From the NCBI GenBank assembly GCA_965250005.1, contig OZ252279.1, positions 1,110,001-1,142,000 on the forward strand: a stretch of DNA of 32,000 nt. The letters run 5' to 3'. The notes under the pieces were generated by a model. It searched no databases. It was not told the DNA's origin and was given only the letters and a program-made list of their open reading frames with translations. Each line of letters opens with the position of its first letter. Within the stretch, counting starts at the first letter, position 1. The translations under genes were made by a program, and so were the position numbers. The DNA comes from Demequinaceae bacterium. GTDB lineage: Bacteria; Actinomycetota; Actinomycetes; Actinomycetales; Demequinaceae. Below are positions 18,594 through 29,243 of the stretch, piece by piece.

Positions 18594-19763
18594 ATGGACC
18601 TGGCGCAGGCGCGGCTCGTGACGAGCCCCCACGGGCTTGCACTCCTCAATTCGCTCCCACCGTACGACGAATCGGAAGTCCTGCGACTGGGCCAGGGATT
18701 GCGCGATTCAGGCGAGTCCCCGGCCCTAGTCGCGTCAGTCATGTCGCAATCGCTGTTGCGGAAGAAGGCTCAAGAAAAGTTCGGCGAGTTCGCTGACGGC
18801 ATGCTGTTTACAACCGCAGGGCTTGAGCAGGCCACGCGACTGACCGTCGCAGCGCGCCACGCGGCGCGCTTTCGCGATGCTGGCGTACACGCGGTCGCGG
18901 ACATTACTTGCGGGATTGGCGCCGATGCCATGGCGATGTCCGCGATCGGCGTTGCGGTGATGGCCTTCGAGCAGGACGAACCGACCGCCCTTTTGGCCGA
19001 CCACAACTTGCGGCACTGGGAGTCAACGGTCGTGGTGCATGCAGATTCAATGGCGACGGTCCGTGGCGCGCGCGTCGATGGAGTTTTTGCCGACCCAGCC
19101 CGCCGTACCGCGGCTGGCCGACGGCACCGCCCGAGCGACTATTCCCCGCCACTCGGGGCCGTGCTAGAGCTGCGCGACCAGTACCCGGCCCTCGGCGTCA
19201 AGGTGGGACCCGGGGTGCCGCACGACGCACTCCCGCCGGACGCCGAGGCACAGTGGGTCTCCGTTGCAGGAGACGTCGTTGAGGTGACGCTCTGGTGCGG
19301 CCAGCTGGCCAAGGAGCACGGGCGCGGCGCCCTGGTGATCGACAGTGATGGCGCTCACGCCATTCATGATTCAGGTGTGACCGTTTCCGCAGGCCCGCTG
19401 CGCGACTACGTGCTCGAGCCCGACGGCGCAGTGATTCGGGCCGGACTCGTCGCCGATGCGGCCAATGCAATCGGCGGTAACCTCTTGGACTCCTCCATTG
19501 CCTACATCACATCGGACACGCGGCCGGTCACGCCCTTTGGTCGCGCCTTCCGAGTCCTCGACCACATGCCGTACGGGGTCAAGCGGCTCAACGCCTATCT
19601 GCGCGAGCGAAACGTGGGATCCCTCACCATCAAGAAGCGGGGGACAGCCGTCACGCCCGAGCGTCTACGCGGCGAGTTGAGCCTCAAAGGAGATGGGGGG
19701 GCTACTGTCATTCTCACCCGTCTGGCGGGAAAGAAGGTCGTCCTGGTAGTCGAACCGATCTAG
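18594..19763 (+). CDS. class I SAM-dependent methyltransferase (THUMP-like C-terminal region suspected)
   Basis: The SAM-binding motif I-like sequence is VADITCGIGADAMAMS, followed by an acidic FADP motif. The start was moved to ATG 18594 because the ORF-track ATG 18525 lies inside the CIRCE element. Confidence 0.6.
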   Translation: MDLAQARLVTSPHGLALLNSLPPYDESEVLRLGQGLRDSGESPALVASVMSQSLLRKKAQEKFGEFADGMLFTTAGLEQATRLTVAARHAARFRDAGVHAVADITCGIGADAMAMSAIGVAVMAFEQDEPTALLADHNLRHWESTVVVHADSMATVRGARVDGVFADPARRTAAGRRHRPSDYSPPLGAVLELRDQYPALGVKVGPGVPHDALPPDAEAQWVSVAGDVVEVTLWCGQLAKEHGRGALVIDSDGAHAIHDSGVTVSAGPLRDYVLEPDGAVIRAGLVADAANAIGGNLLDSSIAYITSDTRPVTPFGRAFRVLDHMPYGVKRLNAYLRERNVGSLTIKKRGTAVTPERLRGELSLKGDGGATVILTRLAGKKVVLVVEPI

Positions 19764-21487
19764 CGAGGCGACGGACACGCGTCATATGGCATGTGGGATA
19801 TCGGAACTGGCCATTGGCCTGCAGCCGTCGACTGTCCTACAAGGACATCTGCGAGGCCCGCGAGCGACGAGTCTCCGCGACCATAGAGACCCACATAGGC
19901 TGTCGCATTCGAATCCGACAAGCCCCACGGGCCATCCATCGCTACGACAATGTCCGCCGTCGCGTTCCCATCCGGGCTACCCAGAATGCGAATGGTGGTC
20001 CCCCCCGAGCCCTGGGTGACTCCGTAAGCCGCAAGCGCGTCGGCAAGCGCGTTTCGCTCCGAGGACCACCCGCCCGAGATGCTGACCTTGCTTCCGACCA
20101 GACTTCGGCCGCACAATGGTGCCACGACCGTGGTAGCGGCGTGCGCGAGCGTCCGCACGTAGTCGCCCTCGGTCTCTACTGCTGGATCAATTCCGGCCTG
20201 CCAACGCATCAGTGCGATTGAGCGAGCCGCAGCCTCGTTTAGTCGTTCCCGCGAGAGTGCTCCGCTACCCACCGCATCGACGATGCCACGGTGAGCGGCG
20301 CCTGTGTCCGCCGGCATGAGCAGAAGGTCTGCGCCTGCATTCAGCGCGTTGACTGCAGCTTGCGCGGGGCCGTTCGTGCCGACAACCGCCTGCATGTTCA
20401 GTGCGTCTGTAATCACGACGCCCTCGAAACCCATCTCATCGCGAAGCTGACTGTACGCCGCCGGAGTCAAGGTAGACGGGCCTGTGCCCCACGCCGTGAC
20501 GCGAACGTGAGACATCATGATTACCGGTGCGCCTGAATCAATTGCCATCTGGAATGGGATGAAGTCGCGATCGGTGAGTTGGGCGACAGTCGCTTGCTGG
20601 ACTGGCAGTGCCACGTGCGAGTCCGTCGTGACGCTCCCGTGGCCAGGGAAGTGCTTGATCGACGGCACGAGGCCAGCATCGAGGAACCCGTCCATGGCGG
20701 CCACTACCGTCTTGGCGACGTTTTCGGGGTCTCCGCCTGCAGACCTGGTGCGAATAACCGGGTCGGCGAGCCCAATGGTGACGTCGGCAACCGGGGCGTA
20801 GTTGACGTTGAAACCAAGAGCGGCGATGTCCCGGCCGAACCCAGCGTAAACCGTTTGAACCGTGGGCTTGTAGCGAACGGCTCCAGCACTGAGGAATGAT
20901 GGCATGTCTGGCACGAGCGGGCCGAGCCTCGCGACCGTCCCGCCCTCTTGGTCGACGCTCACGATGACGGGCCACTCGCGCGCCCCAGCCTGGCCCGCGC
21001 TCTGGGCCGCAGCGGTTAGATCCATGGTCTGGCTCTGCGTACCAATGTTGCCGCCCATGAAGATGACGCCGCCAAGGTTGTACTGCCCGATGAGCGCAGC
21101 CAAGTCCGCAGAATTCTTACCGCTGAAACTCGCAACGATCACCTGGCCCGCGGCCTGATCGACCGTCATCGCCGCGGCTGCATCCTGGGCGAATTGCCAG
21201 TCGGCGAGGCTCGGCCCCCACGACAGGAAGATCTCATCGGGACCAAGCTGTACCTCGGGGCTGTGGCTTGGCTCCGGAGATGGGCTCGGCTCAGCCGCCA
21301 CATCCGCCACGGGCGTCCCATCGAGCGCCACCTTGTCTAGGCCGTACGTCGCTCCACCCGCGAGAACGAGCACCGCAGCGAACGCCACGAAGGCTCGTCC
21401 CAGCGAACCCGAGGCGAGACTCGCCGAATGGTTGCCGACGCGGCCCTTTGCGAATTGTGGGACGAAGCGCTCGTCTTCAGCCATCAC
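19760..21487 (-). CDS. glycoside hydrolase family 3 protein (NagZ/LpqI-like beta-N-acetylhexosaminidase), N-terminally membrane-anchored
   Basis: GH3 N-terminal domain motifs are KHFPGHG...[12 protein letters not shown] and VITDAL. There is a single N-terminal hydrophobic helix and no lipobox Cys. The start (GTG 21487 or ATG 21484) overlaps the tsaD stop. Confidence 0.85.
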   Translation of the reverse strand: MMAEDERFVPQFAKGRVGNHSASLASGSLGRAFVAFAAVLVLAGGATYGLDKVALDGTPVADVAAEPSPSPEPSHSPEVQLGPDEIFLSWGPSLADWQFAQDAAAAMTVDQAAGQVIVASFSGKNSADLAALIGQYNLGGVIFMGGNIGTQSQTMDLTAAAQSAGQAGAREWPVIVSVDQEGGTVARLGPLVPDMPSFLSAGAVRYKPTVQTVYAGFGRDIAALGFNVNYAPVADVTIGLADPVIRTRSAGGDPENVAKTVVAAMDGFLDAGLVPSIKHFPGHGSVTTDSHVALPVQQATVAQLTDRDFIPFQMAIDSGAPVIMMSHVRVTAWGTGPSTLTPAAYSQLRDEMGFEGVVITDALNMQAVVGTNGPAQAAVNALNAGADLLLMPADTGAAHRGIVDAVGSGALSRERLNEAAARSIALMRWQAGIDPAVETEGDYVRTLAHAATTVVAPLCGRSLVGSKVSISGGWSSERNALADALAAYGVTQGSGGTTIRILGSPDGNATADIVVAMDGPWGLSDSNATAYVGLYGRGDSSLAGLADVLVGQSTAAGQWPVPISHMPYDACPSPR

Positions 21488-22524
21488 GCGACCACCTTAT
21501 CCAGTGTCATGGCGGAGGTCACGCCAACGCCCATGTCCGAGGGGTCAGCCCCTGACCGAATGGCGGCGCTGCCTAGCGCGGCGATCATCGCCCCGTTGTC
21601 GGTGCAGAGACTGATGGGCGGGATCCTCACCAGGATTCCCGCGTCGGCGCAACGCGCTTCAGCCGCTTCTCGAAGTTGGGAATTGGCGCTGAATCCACCG
21701 CCAATCACCAACGTGTCGACATCATTCTCTCGACAGGCGTTGATGGTCTTGTCAACGAGTACGTCGGCCACCGCGTCGGCGAAGCTCGCCGCCACATCTG
21801 CCGCGGGAACCGGCTTGCCCTCGTCTTCGCACTGCTCAACCCAACGCGCGACGGCGGTCTTTAATCCAGAGAACGAGAAGTCGTAGGCATGGTTGGCCAT
21901 GTCCTTGGGCTTGGTCAATCCGCGCGGGAACGCGATAGCCGCTGGATCGCCACCTCGCGCGAGTTTGTCCACATGAGGGCCGCCAGGATATGGCAGGCCG
22001 AGCAGTCGTCCAACCTTGTCGAAGGCTTCGCCGGCGGCGTCGTCCAACGTGTGGCCGAGCTCGCGGATCGATATCGCGATGTCGTCCACGAGCAACAGCG
22101 AGGAATGCCCGCCAGACACCACCAAGGCCATGAAGCGTTCTGGGAACGGACCGTGCACAAGTTCGTCTACTGCCGCGTGCGCGATCACGTGATTTACGGC
22201 GTAGAGCGGCTTGTCGAGCGCAAGCGAAAGCGCCTTCGCTGCAGCGATGCCGACGGTCAGGCAGCCCACCAGTCCAGGGCCGCTCGCGACGGCGATGGCG
22301 TCGACATCCTCAAGACCCAGGCCGCCACCAGCCAGCGCGGCCTTGACTGTGGGGACCATCGATTCCAGGTGCGCGCGCGACGCCACCTCGGGGACGATTC
22401 CCCCAAACCTGGAGTGCTCATCCATGGAGCTGGCTACAGCGTCGAAAATGAGGTCGCGGCCGCGCACGAGCGCAACGCCCGTTTCGTCGCACGTGCTTTC
22501 CAGTCCCATTACCAGAGGTTCCAC
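21484..22524 (-). CDS. tsaD: tRNA N6-adenosine threonylcarbamoyltransferase
   Basis: Kae1/TsaD motifs are [25 protein letters not shown] and CTDNGAMIA. The start is GTG 22524 or ATG 22509. Confidence 0.95.
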   Translation of the reverse strand: MEPLVMGLESTCDETGVALVRGRDLIFDAVASSMDEHSRFGGIVPEVASRAHLESMVPTVKAALAGGGLGLEDVDAIAVASGPGLVGCLTVGIAAAKALSLALDKPLYAVNHVIAHAAVDELVHGPFPERFMALVVSGGHSSLLLVDDIAISIRELGHTLDDAAGEAFDKVGRLLGLPYPGGPHVDKLARGGDPAAIAFPRGLTKPKDMANHAYDFSFSGLKTAVARWVEQCEDEGKPVPAADVAASFADAVADVLVDKTINACRENDVDTLVIGGGFSANSQLREAAEARCADAGILVRIPPISLCTDNGAMIAALGSAAIRSGADPSDMGVGVTSAMTLDKVVA

Positions 22525-22619
22525 GCGTCCACTCTAGGCCGACCGCCCCGTCGGATGAAATGCGAGCGGGCTGAGACAAGGAATAACGCAAGCCGTTGGT
22601 GCGTATTATCACTGTGACT

Positions 22620-23243
22620 ATGACATCAAATCCGCCGCTGACATCCTTCGGATCTTTGGACGACCAGGCGAGGCGCCTGCTCTTCGAGGACGCGCGCTCA
22701 GCCACCAAGTTCGCCAACGAGCCCGTGCCTATCGACGTGATCCGGGACGTCTACGACGTCGTAAAATTCGGGCCGACGGGGAACAACTCCGGCCCGATGC
22801 GCCTGGCTGTGGCACACTCGCCGGAGGCTCGGGCCACTGTCATCGCCCACGCTGCCGAGGGCAACAGGGCCAAGCTTGAGAAGGCGCCGCTGTTGCTGGT
22901 GGTCGCCCGCGACGATCGCTTCCACGATCACTTCGACGTGACGGCGCCATCCGCAATTGGCTCTCAGGCCAAACTCGAGGCCATGCCCGAGGCACGCTCG
23001 ATCAAGGCACACGACGGTACGTGGCTTCAGGCCGGGTACCTGATCGTCGGGCTCCGCGGCGTCGGCCTCGCGCTGCGCCCATACGGTGGCTTCGACAAAG
23101 CTGCGCTGAGCGCGTCACTGCTGAGAGACACAAGTTGGTCTGCCGAGATTCTCCTTGGAGTGGGATACCCGGCTTTGGGTGACCACGGAGCTGGGCCGCG
23201 TCGCGGACGCCTCGAGTGGGACCAGGCCGCGCGGGTCTTCTAA
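22620..23243 (+). CDS. nitroreductase-family protein, RutE-like (malonic semialdehyde reductase family)
   Basis: LFEDARSATKFANEPVP...KFGPTGNNSGPMRL...YLIVGLRGVGLALRPYGGFD aligns by eye with E. coli RutE. The start is ATG 22620, with an upstream TTG 22596 also possible. Confidence 0.75.
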   Translation: MTSNPPLTSFGSLDDQARRLLFEDARSATKFANEPVPIDVIRDVYDVVKFGPTGNNSGPMRLAVAHSPEARATVIAHAAEGNRAKLEKAPLLLVVARDDRFHDHFDVTAPSAIGSQAKLEAMPEARSIKAHDGTWLQAGYLIVGLRGVGLALRPYGGFDKAALSASLLRDTSWSAEILLGVGYPALGDHGAGPRRGRLEWDQAARVF

Positions 23244-23253
23244 CCGCCGTGCG

Positions 23254-23745
23254 TCACAGCGAGACCCGCATCACCAGAGCGTCGACGTCGCCTGGCTGGT
23301 AATAGCGAGGTCGAACCCTCACGTCCTCAAAACCAAACTTGCGGTACAACGCGATGGCCGCAGCATTCGTGGCCGCTACCTCCAGCCACCCCTCCGCCAC
23401 GCCCACATTCCGAGCGTCGTGCAGAAAATCCTCGACGAGCGCGCGCGCGGCTCCCCGCCTCCGGTCCCCGGCAATCACCGCAAGATTCAGCAGACTAAAC
23501 GCGTCGCCGTCGAACCCAAAGACGGCATACCCGACAAGCCGGCCGGAGTCGCGAATGCCGCGGTAGCGCCTTCCGCCGTTCGCGAAATCGGCCACAATGA
23601 GGTCTTCGGACCACGCGGCGGTGCCGAAGATATCCTTCTCGCGAGCGGCGACCCACGGCAAGTCCTCTGGGCCGAGGTCGCTAATCTGGAATCGAGGCGG
23701 TGTGCCCGGTCGGTCCTCATGCTCACTGCGCAGACTAGCATTCAT
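23254..23745 (-). CDS. rimI: ribosomal-protein-alanine N-acetyltransferase (GNAT)
   Basis: The GNAT acetyl-CoA motif is AVIAGDRRRGAARALV. The position immediately after tsaB, with an ATGA overlap, is the conserved tsaE-tsaB-rimI arrangement. Confidence 0.85.
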   Translation of the reverse strand: MNASLRSEHEDRPGTPPRFQISDLGPEDLPWVAAREKDIFGTAAWSEDLIVADFANGGRRYRGIRDSGRLVGYAVFGFDGDAFSLLNLAVIAGDRRRGAARALVEDFLHDARNVGVAEGWLEVAATNAAAIALYRKFGFEDVRVRPRYYQPGDVDALVMRVSL

Positions 23746-24350
23746 GCGCGGTGCACGTCCGGGCGTCGAAGATACATTGGCTCAGTCGGGAAGTGAGTTT
23801 GACCGGCAGCGACTGAGCGATCGATCACGCGTGCGAGCCACGCTGGGTCCGGGTCCTCCAGGCCGACTGCTGGGCCGTCAAAGATCTCGGGATAGAGACC
23901 CGCGCCGCGGCCGGCAGTGAATCCAGATTTCGGCACCTCGCCGGGAGGCGCGACGTGCGGTCCGCCTGTGCGCTGGCCCCCCTCGTACGTGGCCCAATAG
24001 ACCTCTTTGCGACGGGCGTCGGCAACGACAACGACATCGCCGCCGTAAGCAGCGCCGATCGCGTCGAGCGAGCATTGGCCGTGCACGGGGACGGCCCAGG
24101 CGAAGGCCAGTGTGCGTGCGGTGACCAGCCCGACGCGAAGTCCGGTAAACGGAGCGGGCCCGGTGCCGACCACGACCCGTTCAACCTCGCCGCCCGTCAC
24201 CCCCGCCGCGTTCAGCTGCGTACGGACCATTTGGGCGAGCAACTCAGCGTGACTGCGCGGAGCGTAGACGGCGTCCTGCGCTAGCACGCGGTCGCCGTTC
24301 ACCACCGCGACCGCAATCGCGGAGGACGTGTCGATGGCAAGGGTGAGCAT
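23742..24350 (-). CDS. tsaB: tRNA threonylcarbamoyladenosine biosynthesis protein TsaB
   Basis: Motifs are LAIDTSS and GTGPAPFTGLRVG. It sits between tsaE and rimI. Confidence 0.9.
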   Translation of the reverse strand: MLTLAIDTSSAIAVAVVNGDRVLAQDAVYAPRSHAELLAQMVRTQLNAAGVTGGEVERVVVGTGPAPFTGLRVGLVTARTLAFAWAVPVHGQCSLDAIGAAYGGDVVVVADARRKEVYWATYEGGQRTGGPHVAPPGEVPKSGFTAGRGAGLYPEIFDGPAVGLEDPDPAWLARVIDRSVAAGQTHFPTEPMYLRRPDVHRA

Positions 24351-24359
24351 GAGTCAAAG

Positions 24360-24872
24360 TTAGGCGAGCGCGGCCGTGAGTTTGGCAAGGTCAACGGCCG
24401 CCCATCGTTCGCCGTGCGACTCTAGTCGTGCGGTCCGCACCCCGGCCTCAGGGTCACCGGACACATCACCGCCGCGCGGGCGCGCCAACGTCACATGGAG
24501 CCAACTGTCCGCGAGCGCCTCGGCCAGTCCATCGCCCCACTCGACCACCGTGACCGCCGCCTCAAGCGACTCGTCGAGGTCCAGTTGATCCAGCTCGGCA
24601 AGAGACGTGAGCCGGTACGCGTCGACATGAATGAGTGGGAGCTCACGCGCGCCCGCTCCGTGGGCACGGGCGATGATGAACGTTGGACTGACCACGTCGC
24701 CGACCACGCCCAGAACAGCGCCGATCCCCTGCGTTAGCGTCGTTTTGCCCGCGCCAAGGCCACCGGTCAAGATGACTAGATCGCCGGCGCTCACCACATC
24801 CCCGATGGCGGCGCCAAGCGCGCGAGTATGCGCTGCATCCGCGAGCTTAAGCGTGTGGATGGCGGCAGTCAC
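24360..24872 (-). CDS. tsaE: tRNA threonylcarbamoyladenosine biosynthesis ATPase TsaE
   Basis: The P-loop is GGLGAGKTTLTQG, followed by SPTF, HVDAYRL and VVEWG. The GTG start overlaps the alr stop (GTGA). Confidence 0.9.
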   Translation of the reverse strand: MTAAIHTLKLADAAHTRALGAAIGDVVSAGDLVILTGGLGAGKTTLTQGIGAVLGVVGDVVSPTFIIARAHGAGARELPLIHVDAYRLTSLAELDQLDLDESLEAAVTVVEWGDGLAEALADSWLHVTLARPRGGDVSGDPEAGVRTARLESHGERWAAVDLAKLTAALA

Positions 24873-25975
24873 AAGTCCGACTTGGGGCGGAGTGCGCCGA
24901 ACCGCGTGACCACGTCATAGTGGATGGTGTCAGCCGCGTCCGCCCAGTCCTGCGCGGTGGGGCCATCGGCCCCGATGAGCGCGACGGTGTCGCCAGCAAG
25001 GGCCGTGTTTGCGGGCCCCAGATCCACCACAAACTGGTCCATACAAACGCGCCCGACGATTGGCACCAAATCGCCGCCCACACGCACCTTGGCGCGATTC
25101 CCCGCCGCTCGAAACACGCCGTCTGCGTATCCGGCCGGCACGAGCCCAAGGACCGTGTCGCGGCTCGTCACGAATTCGTGTCCGTAGCTCACTCCCTCGC
25201 CGGCGCGCACGGCCTTGACAAGCGACAGCGTGCTCGTCACGGTCATGGCGGGCCGAAGGCCGAAATTCTTGCCGTCAGGGTCGGCAACGGGCGCGAGCCC
25301 GTAGCAGGCGAGCCCCGGCCGGACCAGGTCGTAGTGCAGATCCGCGCGCGTAAGCGTGCAGGCCGAGTTGGCTAGATGCCGAAACTGCAAATCGAGCCGA
25401 CGTTCGCTCGCCATCTTCAGGGCGGTCTCGAACACTTGATGCTGACGTTCGATGGTCGCGTGCCCCGGTGAGTCCGCCCACGCTAGGTGCGACCACATTC
25501 CGACGGCCTCGACCAGTCCGTCAGCTTGCGCGCGATCGACCGCGTCAAGAAGCGCCGGCAGCTCGTCGAGCGTCGCCCCCTCGCGGCTCAACCCGGTATC
25601 GACGATCACGTGGACGCGCGCCGCTCGGCCGGCCGTCTTCGCGCCAGCAAGAATGGCGTCCAGGACCACCAGCGAACCAACGGAGACATCCACATTTGCC
25701 TCAATCAGCGCCGCGGCAGGGACTTCGGGACCATAGAGCCACGTGAGGATGCGACCGACGTCATCCGTTGCGCGCAGCGCGAGAGCCTCTCCGGGTTGTG
25801 CCACCCCGAGCCACTGGGCGCCCCCCGTGCGGGCCGCCCGCGAGGACTCAATCAGGCCGTGACCGTACCCGTCGGCCTTGACAACCGCCATGACCTGCGC
25901 GCTGGTCACGGCGCCCAATGTGCGAACGTTATCTGCGATCGCACCGTAGTCGACGTTGACGCTTATCGCGCTCAC
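24869..25975 (-). CDS. alr: alanine racemase
   Basis: The PLP-lysine motif is [14 protein letters not shown] and CMDQFVVD are also present. The GTG start overlaps the acpS stop. Confidence 0.95.
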   Translation of the reverse strand: MSAISVNVDYGAIADNVRTLGAVTSAQVMAVVKADGYGHGLIESSRAARTGGAQWLGVAQPGEALALRATDDVGRILTWLYGPEVPAAALIEANVDVSVGSLVVLDAILAGAKTAGRAARVHVIVDTGLSREGATLDELPALLDAVDRAQADGLVEAVGMWSHLAWADSPGHATIERQHQVFETALKMASERRLDLQFRHLANSACTLTRADLHYDLVRPGLACYGLAPVADPDGKNFGLRPAMTVTSTLSLVKAVRAGEGVSYGHEFVTSRDTVLGLVPAGYADGVFRAAGNRAKVRVGGDLVPIVGRVCMDQFVVDLGPANTALAGDTVALIGADGPTAQDWADAADTIHYDVVTRFGALRPKSDL

Positions 25976-26328
25976 TCGGCAGCCTCCACAACCACCACTG
26001 CTGAAGCGATCCCGGCGTCGTGCGACATCGACAAGTGGATGTGCGAGATCTGGAGGTGCTCGGCTCTCGCGGCTACCGTGCCCTTGATGGCGAACTCCGG
26101 ATCACCGTCGTCGGCCTTGACTATTTCAGCGTCCTGCCAAGACATGCCCGCCGGGGCGCCCAGGGCCTTGGCGAGCGCTTCCTTTGCCGCCCACCGCGCG
26201 GCAAGGCTCGCGTGGCCGAGGCCGCGCTCGGACGGTGTGAAAACTCTGTCAAGAAAGCCAGGCGAGCGAGCGAGGGCCTCTTCGAATCGCTCGATCGCGA
26301 CTACATCAATACCGAGTCCAACAATCAT
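25972..26328 (-). CDS. acpS: holo-[acyl-carrier-protein] synthase
   Basis: The sequence is 118 aa, with [10 protein letters not shown] and [11 protein letters not shown]. The ATG lies 2 nt after the glmS stop. Confidence 0.92.
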   Translation of the reverse strand: MIVGLGIDVVAIERFEEALARSPGFLDRVFTPSERGLGHASLAARWAAKEALAKALGAPAGMSWQDAEIVKADDGDPEFAIKGTVAARAEHLQISHIHLSMSHDAGIASAVVVVEAAE

Positions 26329-26330
26329 GG

Positions 26331-28193
26331 CTACTCCACTGTCACGGACTTCGCGAGGTTGCGTGGCTGGTCCACGTCGTAGCCTTTGGCAGCGGCCATC
26401 TCGGCCGCGAAGATCTGCAAGGGAACTACACTCACGAGCGGCGTCATCAGAATTGGAGCCGCCGGGACGTAGAACACCTCATCCGCGAGTGCGACGGCGG
26501 CGGTGTCACCCTCTTCGGCGATCACGTAGGTGCGAGCCCCGCGCGCCCTAACCTCCTGGATATTGGAAATCACTTTCGCGTGGAGAGAATTAGGGGACTT
26601 GGGGCTGGGCAGGATCACGATCACTGGCAGCCCCGCCTCGACCAGTGCGATCGGACCGTGTTTGAGCTCGCCCGCGGCGAAACCTTCGGCGTGAATGTAC
26701 GCAAGTTCCTTGAGCTTGAGCGCCCACTCTAGAGCAACGGGGTACCCTACGTGACGGCCAAGAAACAGCACGGTATTCCCTCCCGCCAGCTGTCGGACGG
26801 CCTCGCGAACGGGCTCCGCAGTGTCGAGCACTCTCTGAATCTTCGCGGGCATCTGGTCAAGGTCAGCCAACAGCGAGGCAATCTCATCCGGGAACTTGTT
26901 GCCGCGCAACTGGGCGAGGTATATGCCAAGGAGGAATGCTGCCGTGATTTGTGCAAGGAACGCCTTGGTTGACGCAACCGCTATTTCAGGGCCCGCGCGC
27001 GTGTAGAGGACGGCATCTGCCTCGCGGGCGATGGTGCTTCCCTGCGTGTTGACGATCGCGACCACACTGGCGCCCTGCTGCTGCGCGTGCCGGACCGCCA
27101 TAATCGTGTCCATTGTCTCGCCAGATTGTGAAACGGCAACCACGAGCGTCTTAACGTTCACCACCGGGTCACGGTAGCGAAATTCGTGAGCGAGCTCTAC
27201 CTCTACCGGAATCCGGCACCAATGCTCGATTGCGTTTCGCGCGACCAGGCCCGCATAGGCCGCGGTGCCGCAAGCGACGACGATCTTATCGATGCTGTTG
27301 AGCACCGACTCATCAATGATTCCACCGTCGAGTTGCAGCTTGCCAAACTCGTCGATACGGCCCCGCAGGGTATCCGCAACGGCGGACGGTTGGTCGTGGA
27401 TTTCCTTGACCATAAAGCTGTCGAACCCGCCCTTCTCTGCGGCGTTCGCGTCCCAGTCGACGTGGTACTCATCGCGCGCGACTGTGTTGCCGCCCGCGTC
27501 GGTGATAGTTACGGCGCCAGGCGAAATCTCGACCACCTCATCTTGGCCAAGTTCGAGTGCTGTGCGCGTGTGATCGATGAAAGCCACAACATCAGAGCCC
27601 AGAAAGTTCTCGCCGTCGCCCAAGCCGATGACTAAAGGCGAATTGCGGCGCGCTCCCACAACCGTTTGCGGCTCCGCCGCGTCCACCGCGAGCAAGGTAA
27701 ATGAACCATCGAGCAGAGACGTGATGGATCGCATCGCCGCCGCCAGAGATTTGCCGGTGTCCACTTCGCGGGCGAGCAAGTGCCCGGCAACTTCGGTGTC
27801 GGTATCCGATGCGAACTCCACACCCTCCGCCGCGAGCCCTGCTCTCAGCGCGCCATAGTTCTCGATGATTCCGTTGTGTATCACCGCGATACGGCCGCCG
27901 GCAGCCTGATGTGGGTGAGCATTGTTGTCGGTCGGTGGCCCGTGCGTTGCCCACCGAGTGTGACCGATCGCGACCGTGCCCGCCGGAGGTGGCGTCGCCG
28001 CGAGCGCGGACAACAACTCCTGCAACTTGCCAGCCCTCTTGATCACGCTAACTTTGGTTCGATCTGCACTTACGATGGCGATGCCCGCGGAGTCATACCC
28101 GCGATATTCGAGCCGAGCCAATCCGCCCATCACGACTTCTTGAGGACGATGGTTGGCGGCCGCAGGGCCTGCGTACCCAACAATTCCACACAT
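26331..28193 (-). CDS. glmS: glutamine--fructose-6-phosphate aminotransferase
   Basis: The start was set at MCGIVGY (ATG 28193), which provides the N-terminal Cys nucleophile. There are two SIS domains and the conserved C-terminus AKSVTVE. The ORF-track extension to 28253 was rejected. Confidence 0.97.
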   Translation of the reverse strand: MCGIVGYAGPAAANHRPQEVVMGGLARLEYRGYDSAGIAIVSADRTKVSVIKRAGKLQELLSALAATPPPAGTVAIGHTRWATHGPPTDNNAHPHQAAGGRIAVIHNGIIENYGALRAGLAAEGVEFASDTDTEVAGHLLAREVDTGKSLAAAMRSITSLLDGSFTLLAVDAAEPQTVVGARRNSPLVIGLGDGENFLGSDVVAFIDHTRTALELGQDEVVEISPGAVTITDAGGNTVARDEYHVDWDANAAEKGGFDSFMVKEIHDQPSAVADTLRGRIDEFGKLQLDGGIIDESVLNSIDKIVVACGTAAYAGLVARNAIEHWCRIPVEVELAHEFRYRDPVVNVKTLVVAVSQSGETMDTIMAVRHAQQQGASVVAIVNTQGSTIAREADAVLYTRAGPEIAVASTKAFLAQITAAFLLGIYLAQLRGNKFPDEIASLLADLDQMPAKIQRVLDTAEPVREAVRQLAGGNTVLFLGRHVGYPVALEWALKLKELAYIHAEGFAAGELKHGPIALVEAGLPVIVILPSPKSPNSLHAKVISNIQEVRARGARTYVIAEEGDTAAVALADEVFYVPAAPILMTPLVSVVPLQIFAAEMAAAKGYDVDQPRNLAKSVTVE

Positions 28194-28244
28194 ACACGAG
28201 ATTCTACTGCCTTGCACCGGCTGGCCGACTCGGGTGCGCTCCGC

Positions 28245-29243
28245 ATGCGACACATAGGGAAGAATGGGCGAGTGAGTGAGACGGAGAACGAGACGCCATC
28301 GCCATCGCCATCGCCATCGCCATACGTCACGCTTTCGCGTAGCGCCTGGGCAGCCCTAGCCGGCCGCACCCCGTTGCCACTGACCGAGGCGGACATCTCC
28401 CGTGTACGCGGCCTTGACGATCCGGTCGACCTGACTGAAGTTGACCAGATCTACCGCCCACTGTCGCGGCTACTTGACCTCTACCAACGCGCTGTGGGCA
28501 ACCTCCACGGCGCAACGTCGGAGTTTCTCGGCGAGCACGCCGCGCGGACGCCCTTCGTGATCGGGGTAGCCGGTTCGGTCGCCGTAGGAAAATCAACAAC
28601 TGCCCGGCTGCTGCGCGAGCTCATGGCGCGTTGGCCTGCGAGTCCACGGGTTGAGCTCATCACGACTGACGGGTTCCTCCACCCGAACGACGAGCTCGAG
28701 CGGCGCGGTTTGCTGTCGCGAAAGGGGTTCCCCGAGTCATACGACCGACGCGCACTCCGCCGATTCCTCGCGGAAGTCAAGTCGGGCGTCCCGAAGGTAT
28801 CAGCGCCGGTCTACTCTCACCTCATCTACGACATCGTTCCTGGGAAACTGGTGACCGTCACAAACCCCGACATCCTCATAGTCGAGGGACTAACCGTGCT
28901 ACAGCGCGCTGCGAAGCCCGAACAGGGCCGCAGTGCCATGGCGGTGAGCGACTACTTCGACCTATCGATCTACGTTGACGCCGACACGGCAGACGTCCGC
29001 CGGTGGTACATCGAGCGATTCCTGTCATTGCGCCGGACTGCGTTTTCAGACCCTGGGTCTTACTTCCACAACTACGCCGCACTTACCGACGCTGATGCGG
29101 TGACCCGCGCCGGAGAAATATGGGATGCCATCAACGCTCCCAACTTGATGCAGAACATCGCGCCGACCAAGTCGCGCGCGACGATAATCCTCAAGAAGGG
29201 TGCGGACCACGCCGTGGAGACGGTCCACCTTCGCAAGCTCTAG
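28245..29243 (+). CDS. coaA: type I pantothenate kinase
   Basis: [13 protein letters not shown]...[32 protein letters not shown] aligns by eye with the E. coli CoaA N-terminus. The P-loop is [12 protein letters not shown]. The start is ATG 28245 or GTG 28272. The ORF-track start at 27780 was rejected because it overlaps glmS. Confidence 0.92.
   Translation: MRHIGKNGRVSETENETPSPSPSPSPYVTLSRSAWAALAGRTPLPLTEADISRVRGLDDPVDLTEVDQIYRPLSRLLDLYQRAVGNLHGATSEFLGEHAARTPFVIGVAGSVAVGKSTTARLLRELMARWPASPRVELITTDGFLHPNDELERRGLLSRKGFPESYDRRALRRFLAEVKSGVPKVSAPVYSHLIYDIVPGKLVTVTNPDILIVEGLTVLQRAAKPEQGRSAMAVSDYFDLSIYVDADTADVRRWYIERFLSLRRTAFSDPGSYFHNYAALTDADAVTRAGEIWDAINAPNLMQNIAPTKSRATIILKKGADHAVETVHLRKL
28295..28323 (+). 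repeat. hexanucleotide tandem repeat (GCCATC) x4.8 inside the coaA N-terminus
   Basis: GCCATCGCCATCGCCATCGCCATCGCCAT was read directly. It is in frame and encodes (Pro-Ser)4. Confidence 0.95.

Noticed and set aside
28194-28244. Possible glmS ribozyme or riboswitch upstream of glmS
   Set aside because: Only about 50-80 nt separate glmS from the divergent coaA start, which is far too short for the ribozyme of roughly 170 nt or more. No conserved core was seen.
27780-28244. ORF-track N-terminal extensions: coaA from 27780, glmS to 28253, glmM to 31638, whiB from 17547, groES to 18478, DUF3817 to 5160, small membrane protein from 1542, methyltransferase from 18525
   Set aside because: The extensions overlap neighbouring genes or regulatory elements and lack conservation-like sequence. 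Downstream starts restore canonical N-termini ([30 protein letters not shown] and so on), often with an SD.
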